NCBI GenBank assembly: GCA_020845475.1
Contig: JADLFN010000026.1
Coordinates: 7,080-71,079 of the forward strand
Length of the DNA stretch: 64,000 nucleotides
Reading direction: 5' to 3'
DNA from: Planctomycetota bacterium
Lineage (GTDB): Bacteria > Planctomycetota > UBA8742 > UBA2392
Below, one piece after another: positions 1 through 6,307 of the stretch (positions within the stretch are counted from its first letter, which is position 1; every line of letters starts with the position of its first letter). Both the position numbers and the translations under genes were made by a program. Below the pieces are notes generated by a model. The model was not told where the DNA came from, ran no database searches, and saw only the letters and a list, made by a program, of their open reading frames with translations.

Positions 1-546
1 AGCCCTGATTTCGATGCGCCGATGGTGGCCGCAAACGAGATTCTCGAGTTCGAGGTTACAGTCACCGATGACCGCGGCGACTTCACGACCGATCGCGTGC
101 AGGTGACTGTCGAAGAGAATCTGCCGCCCGTCGCCAACGCCGGGCCCGACCAGGGCGCAATGTTCACGTCTCTCGTTCAGCTCAGCGGCAGCGGCAGCAC
201 GGACCCGAACACCGGCGACGTGCTGACGTATTCCTGGACGCAGATCTCCGGCACGAGCGTCACGCTCAGCGGCGCCAACACGGCATTCCCGTCGTTCGTC
301 ACCGGAGGCGGAGACGCGACCTTCGTGTTCGAACTGACCGTGACCGATTCGCTGGGCCTGACCTCGACCGATCAAGTGCGCGTGGTCGTAAACAAGAACG
401 GCATCATCGGCAGTGGGGGAGGCGGCGGCGACAAAGGCGACGGCGGCTGCACCACCGGCGAGTCAGTGGGGGTGCTGTGGCTTGCGGCCCTGATGTTGAC
501 GTTGCTGCTCAGGCGCACACGCAGGGAGAAGGCATTCGCACGTTGA
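1..546 (+). CDS. C-terminal part of a secreted PKD/Ig-like repeat protein ending in a Gly-run/Cys/TM/basic tail (5' end outside the window)
   Basis: The frame is open from base 1 (agc cct gat ttc ...); track ORF 22..546. Repeated modules EFEVTVTDDRGDFTTDRVQVTV and FVFELTVTDSLGLTSTDQVRVVV plus the linker PPVANAGPDQ are typical of PKD-type repeats. Tail: GSGGGGGDKGDGGC-TTGESVGVLWLAALMLTLLL-RRTRRE. Confidence 0.75.
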   Translation, partial: SPDFDAPMVAANEILEFEVTVTDDRGDFTTDRVQVTVEENLPPVANAGPDQGAMFTSLVQLSGSGSTDPNTGDVLTYSWTQISGTSVTLSGANTAFPSFVTGGGDATFVFELTVTDSLGLTSTDQVRVVVNKNGIIGSGGGGGDKGDGGCTTGESVGVLWLAALMLTLLLRRTRREKAFAR

Positions 547-566
547 AGGTGAGTGTGCGTCCGTGA

Positions 567-594
567 GTAGGGGCGACATATATGTCGCCCCTAC
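567..594. repeat. 28-nt perfect palindrome GTAGGGGCGACATATATGTCGCCCCTAC (REP-like element; possible bidirectional terminator between convergent genes)
   Basis: Read directly from the sequence. An identical 28-mer recurs at 55480..55507 and a variant at 7310..7333. Confidence 0.9.
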
Positions 595-609
595 GGTGCA
601 ATCTCTCGA

Positions 610-629
610 GGGCGACCCATGGGTCGCCC
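610..629. repeat. 20-nt palindrome GGGCGACCCATGGGTCGCCC (REP-like, same GGGCGAC/GTCGCCC arms)
   Basis: Read directly. A near-identical copy GGGCGACCCATCGGTCGCCC lies at 55426..55445. It abuts the dapA stop codon (630..632). Confidence 0.85.
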
Positions 630-1502
630 CTACAGCGCACCGAAATCCTTGAGCGCTTTCCTCAGGACTTCTTTGTTCTTGTCCGCCAACGGCGCCAGCG
701 GCAGGCGCACGTGCTCTTTGATCTTGCCCAGCATCGCCAAGGCGGCCTTTGCGGGCACGGGGTTGGTTTCAATAAACAAGGCGTTGATCACGGGCAGCAG
801 TTTCAAGTGAAGCTCCATGCCCTTGTCGAGATTCTTCGCGGCGCACGCATCCACAAGCTCGCGAATCGCGCGCGGAACCACGTTGCTGGCCACGGAAATT
901 ACGCCCGTGGCCCCCATGGCCATCATGGGAAAGGTCAGTCCGTCATCGCCCGAAAGCACCGTCAGCTTTGAAAGGCGCAGGACTTGCGCCGTCTGCTCGA
1001 GATTGGCCGCAGCATCCTTGTAAGCCACCACGTTTTTGAAGTCGGCATTAAGTCGCGCGCAGGTTTCCGGCAACAGGTTCACAGCGGCGCGGCCCGGCAC
1101 GTTGTAGAGCACCACGGGTATTTTCGTGGCCTTGGCCACTTCGGCGTAGTGGCGGTACAGCCCTTCCTGCTGCGGCTTGTTGTACGCGGGCGTCACGACC
1201 AAGACGGCATCGGCGCCCATTTTCTCGGCGCGCTTGGTGGCTTCCACCGTGGCCCAGGTCGCGCTCGAGCCGGTGCCCGCAATGATCGGCACGCGCTTTT
1301 TCGCGGCCTTGATGACGCGTTCAATGACTGCTTCGCGCTCATCGTTGTTGAGCGTGATGCTTTCGCCTGTGCTGCCGCAGGGAATTAGGCCCTGCGTGCC
1401 CTGCTCGATTTGCCAGTGAACGAGCTTCTCCAGGGCGTCGAGGTCAACTTTGCCGCTGTCGTCGAAGGGTGTAACAATGGCCGTGATGCTGCCAGCAAAC
1501 AT
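630..1502 (-). CDS. dapA: 4-hydroxy-tetrahydrodipicolinate synthase
   Basis: 290 aa. MFAGSITAIVTPF...GLIPCGSTGESITL...IIAGTGS...VLVVTPAYNKP...PVVLYNVPGR is the classic DapA pattern. Confidence 0.95.
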   Translation of the reverse strand: MFAGSITAIVTPFDDSGKVDLDALEKLVHWQIEQGTQGLIPCGSTGESITLNNDEREAVIERVIKAAKKRVPIIAGTGSSATWATVEATKRAEKMGADAVLVVTPAYNKPQQEGLYRHYAEVAKATKIPVVLYNVPGRAAVNLLPETCARLNADFKNVVAYKDAAANLEQTAQVLRLSKLTVLSGDDGLTFPMMAMGATGVISVASNVVPRAIRELVDACAAKNLDKGMELHLKLLPVINALFIETNPVPAKAALAMLGKIKEHVRLPLAPLADKNKEVLRKALKDFGAL

Positions 1503-1645
1503 GGTGGCTCCCGATAGTGCCCCGACAGGTTGACCATTTTTCGCGCGCCGTCAATCAGCAGTGCCCGCAAAGCCGCTAACTGAGCGGTTAGCGAGCCCGC
1601 GTCCGAATCTGTCGCAGCGCCTGCTAGCATTCGAGTGGGGGACTC

Positions 1646-2167
1646 ATGGCCGAATTTCGCCTGAGCATGCGCGCTATTGAACGCGGCGAGAAGCCGCGCC
1701 GTGCCCGCGCGCCCAAAGTGGTGAAACCGCCACGGCCGCTGAGCCAGTTGCGCAAGCGAGGCTACCCCAAAGATTGGGCCAAAATCAGCAGGCGCGTGCG
1801 CTTTGAGCGCGCCAAAGGCATCTGCGAGAACTGCGGCAAGCGCCACGGCGAGATTGTGTATCAGGGCCCGCAGGGATCATGGCAACGCGACGGCAAGTGG
1901 TTTGACGCCAACGGGAAACCCATCGATGCGCCGCCGCCGTGGCCAAGCCGCCAATGGTGGGACCATTTGCGGCACTACGGTGACCCGCCGCATATCAAGC
2001 GCGTCAAAGTCATCCTGCACACGGCGCACCTCGACCACAACCCAAGCAACTGCGCCGATGAAAACCTGGCCGCGTTCTGCCAGGCCTGTCATTTGAGATA
2101 CGACGAGGGCCTGCACCGCTGGACCTGGGGATCACGCGGGATCTCTCCCGCGGACAAAGAGTTCTAG
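1646..2167 (+). CDS. HNH endonuclease (phage-type, stand-alone)
   Basis: 173 aa. CENCGKRHG ... HTAHLDHNPSNCADENLAAFCQACHLRYD gives a Cys pair plus an H-N-H core. Confidence 0.8.
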   Translation: MAEFRLSMRAIERGEKPRRARAPKVVKPPRPLSQLRKRGYPKDWAKISRRVRFERAKGICENCGKRHGEIVYQGPQGSWQRDGKWFDANGKPIDAPPPWPSRQWWDHLRHYGDPPHIKRVKVILHTAHLDHNPSNCADENLAAFCQACHLRYDEGLHRWTWGSRGISPADKEF

Positions 2168-2229
2168 CATGGGCGGCGAAATTCAAATACGATCCGCAGC
2201 GATCTTGAACCACTCCAGGATAATCAGAG

Positions 2230-3303
2230 ATGGCAACAACTAAGCGTGAACTATTTATTCAGGACGAGCTTGGCGACGAACACGTAGTCGTCCCATTCAA
2301 GTACGCGATAACCAGTTACGGTGCCGACTACGACGTCCGCGGCATTGTGCACAGAATTAAGGACGAGGACATTTACGTACCGCGATTTCAGCGCGGCTAT
2401 GTGTGGAACTACCATCAAGCGTCGCGATTTATTGAGACGCTCTTGCTCGGCTTACCGGTACCGGGCATTTTCTTGGCCCGCGAGGCAGAGACAAATCGAC
2501 TTTTGGTCGTAGATGGTCAACAACGACTGAAGACCTTGCTCTTCTTCTATGAGGGCGTGTTTGGACCAAATGAGCGGGCGTTCTCGCTAGTTGACGTTCA
2601 GGAACAATTTGAAGGACTCTCCTACAAGAAGCTTGATCAGCAGGACCGCCGCCGCCTTGACGACTCAATCCTGCACGCCACGGTTATCAAGCAAGACGTT
2701 CCCTCGGAGGATGACAGTAGCATCTACCACGTGTTCGAGAGGCTGAACACAGGTGGTACGCGATTGCAGCCCCAAGAAATACGGGCCTGTATCTACCACG
2801 GAGAATTTAATGAAGCCCTAGATGATCTAAACAAGACGAAATCCTGGCGATCGATCTTTGGCGCTGTAAACAAACGGATGAGAGACAAGGAGTTGATCCT
2901 GCGCTACTTTGCGTTGCTTTACCACTCCAACAGCTATAAGCGCCCAATGGTCGAATTCCTCAACCGGTACATGGGTGCCAATCGACATCTCCAGAAGCAA
3001 CAGTTTGGACAACTAAGGACTGACTTCGTCGAAGTAATTGACATCGTATTCGAATCGGTCGGGAAACGTGCATTCAAGCCCGAGCGCGCATTCAATGCCG
3101 CCGTGTTCGACTCGGTCATGGTCGGCATTTCCAGGCGCCTGAGCAACGGGCGAATTAGCAAGATTACAGATGTTGGCAGCAAGTACCGTGAACTGATCAA
3201 AGATGCAGATTTTCAGGAGGTATGCAGCACTTCGACCTCTCAAGAGGATCGCCTCGAAAAGAGACTGAAGATCGCGACAAGGTACTTTCACGAGGTCGAT
3301 TAG
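2230..3303 (+). CDS. DUF262 (ParB/GmrSD N-terminal-like) domain protein
   Basis: 357 aa. PRFQRGYVWNYHQASRFIETLLLGLPVPGIFL...LLVVDGQQRLKTL matches the DUF262 signature including DGQQRL. No DUF1524/HNH C-terminal domain is seen. The gene is more AT-rich than its flanks by eye. Confidence 0.85.
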   Translation: MATTKRELFIQDELGDEHVVVPFKYAITSYGADYDVRGIVHRIKDEDIYVPRFQRGYVWNYHQASRFIETLLLGLPVPGIFLAREAETNRLLVVDGQQRLKTLLFFYEGVFGPNERAFSLVDVQEQFEGLSYKKLDQQDRRRLDDSILHATVIKQDVPSEDDSSIYHVFERLNTGGTRLQPQEIRACIYHGEFNEALDDLNKTKSWRSIFGAVNKRMRDKELILRYFALLYHSNSYKRPMVEFLNRYMGANRHLQKQQFGQLRTDFVEVIDIVFESVGKRAFKPERAFNAAVFDSVMVGISRRLSNGRISKITDVGSKYRELIKDADFQEVCSTSTSQEDRLEKRLKIATRYFHEVD

Positions 3304-3758
3304 TGCATCCGGACATAGTCGCGCATCAGTCACGTCTGAAATCGACTTTGGCCTTCGCACAGAAGTTAGTCGATGCCGAAGCACAGGGGCATTTTGCTCG
3401 TTACATTTGTGTTCTGACTTCTGGGTTTATCGAACAAGCGATTCGAGTGCATTTTGGTGCCTACGCCCAAATCCATGCCTCTCCTGAACTCGTTCGATTC
3501 ATCTCGAAGGAGTTGGAGACATTTCAAAACCCCAAAGTAGGCAAGGTCATTGCTCTCTTGCAAAAGTTCAGCGAGGACTGGGCGAGGGAAGTGCAAAGTG
3601 GAATCGAGGGACGCATCGGCGACCATATCGATAGTATCGTCGCTAGACGCCACGAGATAGCGCACGGAAAACCTAGCGGCCTCAGCTTGGGCACCGCTAC
3701 AGAGTACCTAAAGAGTGCGTTCGAATTCCTTGAGGTTATCTGCAGCAAGTGTGCCTAG
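3303..3758 (+). CDS. small HEPN-domain protein (MAE_28990-like; Rx4-6H motif)
   Basis: In-frame GTG at 3303 overlaps the DUF262 stop (TAGTG), suggesting translational coupling. The protein is all-helical with ARRHEIAHGKP near the C-terminal third, which fits the HEPN Rx4-6H motif. The track ORF starts earlier (3222) inside the upstream gene. Confidence 0.7.
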   Translation: MHPDIVAHQSRLKSTLAFAQKLVDAEAQGHFARYICVLTSGFIEQAIRVHFGAYAQIHASPELVRFISKELETFQNPKVGKVIALLQKFSEDWAREVQSGIEGRIGDHIDSIVARRHEIAHGKPSGLSLGTATEYLKSAFEFLEVICSKCA

Positions 3759-3974
3759 TACGATTCTAGCCCTCAGACCCCCTACGTCCGATAATCAGTG
3801 TTATGTGCGGTTGGGGGTCCGAGGGGGCTGCTGCCAGCCGTCTGGCTCTGCTGGCTGGTTTGGCGCCGATTGACGGTCACGGGTTGCTGCTTTGCTTGCC
3901 TGCGGCCGAGTTTACTTCACCGGCTTGGGCATTCGGGAGTTAAACTGGCACTTTGCCCCGACTCTCGGCCCCAA

Positions 3975-5237
3975 TTGAGGCTTTCCTTGGCTTCTAAATC
4001 GATCCTGGCGCTTTTCGCCCTGTGTGCCGCTTTGCTGGCGGCTTCCACGCTGGCTGCTGCTACTTTGAACGTGACGCTCAGCGGCGCCTCGCCCGCGAAC
4101 TTCGAAAACCGGCTCAGCGACACTTCCATTGAGGTCACGCGCTTTGTGCTAACCTCAACTGGCGCTTCCGTGGATTGTTCGGCCGTGACTATCACGTTTA
4201 CGAACCCAACCACGGCCGACGAAGCTTTCACCGCCGTGCGCGTGTTCTATGACGCCAACGGCAACTCCAGTTTCGAAGCCGGCGAAGAAATCGGCGTCGG
4301 CCAGGCGCCCAACGGCGTAGCCGCGACACTGTTGTTCACCGGCGCGTTCAGCGTGCCCACCAGTTCGCGCCTGATGCAGGTGATTGTCAACACCGGCGCC
4401 AATGTGGCCAGTTACGGCGACGGGTTTCGTTTCAGCATCGCGGCGGCTGGCGATATCACGCTGGCGAATCCCGGCACCGATAGCGTCACGGGTGCGTTTC
4501 CCGTTCAAGGGAACACGATCACCATCCGCAACAGCATGTCCAATCTGCTGGCGGGCACGGGCAATCCCGCATCGCCGCGCACCGTGGCTCGCGGAAGCAC
4601 CAACGTTGCCGGGGCGCACTTTCGCCTTGACTGTCTGGCGGCCGTGATTCCCGGCGAGCTGGTAGGTCTTGACCTGTCAAGCATCACCGTCAGCCTCAAC
4701 CTCGGCGCACCCGCCGATGCCAACGTGATTGCTTCGGTCAGCCTGTTCGGCGACGATTTCGATGCCGCGTTTGAGCCCAACACACAAGACCCGCTGATCC
4801 AGGCGCGCACCAGCGCCGACGTCGCCAAGTGGGCGGTGGCCGGCAGCACCTTGACGGTCATCTTCGACGGCGCGGCTGTCACGGCGCTTACTTCGATCAA
4901 TTCGGGCACCGTGCGCGCCTTCTGGATTGGCGTGAGTTTCAACAGCACGGCCGACGCTGTCGTGGAAGTGCTGGTCAATCGCACCGGAATTCTCGGGGCC
5001 GAAGGCGCAAGCGGCGATTTCCTGACCACCGCGATCACCAGCATCAGCGGCAACGTGATTACCGTCAGTGGAAGCGGCGGCGGCGGAGGTGACGGCGGCC
5101 AGGGCAATCGGCCCTCGGAAGAGGGCGGCTGTGTTGTCTCCCCCACTGGCTCATGGGCGCCGGGGATGTTGCTTTGCATGCTGGCGGCGGGCTTCTGGTT
5201 TGTGCGTAAGCGTAGCCGGCCCAATTCCACTACTTAG
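3975..5237 (+). CDS. secreted protein of unknown function with a Gly-run/Cys/TM/basic C-terminal tail
   Basis: Track ORF 3798..5237 (GTG). The signal-peptide-like stretch SKSILALFALCAALLAASTLAAA follows an in-frame TTG at 3975, so the start is uncertain. Tail: SGSGGGGGDGGQGNRPSEEGGC-VVSPTGSWAPGMLLCMLAAGFWFV-RKRSR. Confidence 0.6.
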   Translation: MRLSLASKSILALFALCAALLAASTLAAATLNVTLSGASPANFENRLSDTSIEVTRFVLTSTGASVDCSAVTITFTNPTTADEAFTAVRVFYDANGNSSFEAGEEIGVGQAPNGVAATLLFTGAFSVPTSSRLMQVIVNTGANVASYGDGFRFSIAAAGDITLANPGTDSVTGAFPVQGNTITIRNSMSNLLAGTGNPASPRTVARGSTNVAGAHFRLDCLAAVIPGELVGLDLSSITVSLNLGAPADANVIASVSLFGDDFDAAFEPNTQDPLIQARTSADVAKWAVAGSTLTVIFDGAAVTALTSINSGTVRAFWIGVSFNSTADAVVEVLVNRTGILGAEGASGDFLTTAITSISGNVITVSGSGGGGGDGGQGNRPSEEGGCVVSPTGSWAPGMLLCMLAAGFWFVRKRSRPNSTT

Positions 5238-5263
5238 TTAGATACTGGGCAACTGGAGAGGAC

Positions 5264-6235
5264 ATGAAAGCCACAGCGTTGGGATTGCTGGCCTTGGCGA
5301 GCGTGTTGTTTGCTGGCTCGCTTAGCGCCGTCGCCGTCGGGGAAATGGGCCCCGATTTCAAGTTCGACAAGAGCTGGAACACAATTGAGGGCGCGACCAA
5401 GCTCTCTGACTACCGTGAGCGCGTGGTACTCGTTGAACGATGGGCCACGAACTGAAGCCCCTGCATGCGCGGGGTCCCGCACTTGAATGAACTGAACAAG
5501 AAATACCGCGAACGCGGCTTCGAGATTGTTGCCGTAAGCAGTGAAGCCGCCGGCACCATTGAAGACAAGATGGTCAAAGGGGCAAGCGCCTCCTTTGGAG
5601 TTGTGAAGGCCGATATTGCAGCCCTGTACCAGACCAACGGCATCCCCCACGGCTGGGTTCTTGACGCCGAGGGAAAGTGCATCTGGGAAGGCCACCCGGC
5701 CCAGTTGAACGATGCACAGATCGAAGAGTGGATCAAGGATCTCGCCCCCGGCAAGATCACGCGCGAGGTTCAAAAGCCGCTAAAGGCGTCCGTTGAGGCC
5801 TACAACAAGGGCCAGTTCGGAAAGGCCTTTGAAGCCGTGGCTGAGCACCTGACGTCTGAGGACGCAAAAGTCAAAGCTGACGCTGAATATGTCAACGGCG
5901 TGATCGAGAAGCGCAAAGCAGCAGGCGAGGCCAAGGCCAAGAAACTGCGCGACGCCGGCGATCTCGTCAAGCTGCTGCCGGTCCTTGAAGAAGAGGCCAA
6001 GGGCTGGGAAGGCAGCGAATACGGCAAGGCCTGCGGCGACGAAGCCAAGACGGTCAAGGCGAGCAAGGAATACAAGCTCTGCGCCAAAGCCGCCGACGCA
6101 TGGGCCAAGCTCGAGCCCAAGCTCAATGACCTTGCCGACGACAAAGCCGCCAAGGCGCTTGAGAAGTTCATCAAAGATTTCGCCGGAACGCCCCAGGCCA
6201 AGCTTGCCGAAGAGAGACTCAAAGACCTCAAATAG
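5264..6235 (+). CDS. periplasmic thioredoxin-fold (TlpA/ResA/redoxin-like) protein, predicted selenoprotein with UGA-Sec at 5453..5455 (U-S-P-C)
   Basis: ORFs 5264..5455 and 5465..6235 share a frame and are separated only by TGA agc ccc tgc. The read-through LSDYRERVVLVERWATN-U-SPC-MRGVPHLNELNKKYRERGFEIVAVS aligns with the FWATWCxPC redoxin motif. There is a signal peptide (MKATALGLLALASVLFAGSLSA) and a GGAGAGG Shine-Dalgarno-like sequence upstream. Confidence 0.8.
5458..5474 (+). promoter_or_regulatory. candidate bacterial SECIS-like hairpin 3 nt downstream of the UGA
   Basis: CCCCUG-CAUG-CG(C)GGGG: pairs 5458-5474, 5459-5473, 5460-5472, 5461-5471, 5462-5469 (GU), 5463-5468; loop 5464..5467. 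The same CUG-CAUG-CGG core follows the paralogue's UGA. Confidence 0.4.
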
Positions 6236-6249
6236 CCGGTGATTCAACG

Positions 6250-6282
6250 CGCCCGCCGGCAAAAGAGCTGGCGGGCGTTTTC
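6250..6282 (+). terminator. rho-independent terminator after the first selenoprotein gene
   Basis: CGCCCGCC (6250..6257) pairs with GGCGGGCG (6270..6277) and is followed by TTTT. Confidence 0.7.
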
Positions 6283-6307
6283 ATTCCTCTGGGCAAAGGG
6301 GACAGCA

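Noticed and set aside
582-971. Short plus-strand ORFs starting inside the palindromes (for example MSPLRCNLS... and MGRPYSAP...)
   Set aside because: Their start codons are created by the REP-like palindromes, and their bodies are antisense to dapA.
1571-1593. Small inverted repeat CGCTAAC-TGAGCG-GTTAGCG in the dapA/HNH divergent region
   Set aside because: It has a 7-bp stem in a promoter region with no second copy. It might be an operator, but there is not enough evidence to call it.
3798-3974. 59-aa N-terminal extension of the secreted protein ORF (GTG 3798)
   Set aside because: The Cys/Trp/Arg-rich sequence does not look like a real leader, and the signal peptide begins right after TTG 3975. 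It is kept only as an alternative start and because the GTG coincides with the repeated GATAATCAG box.
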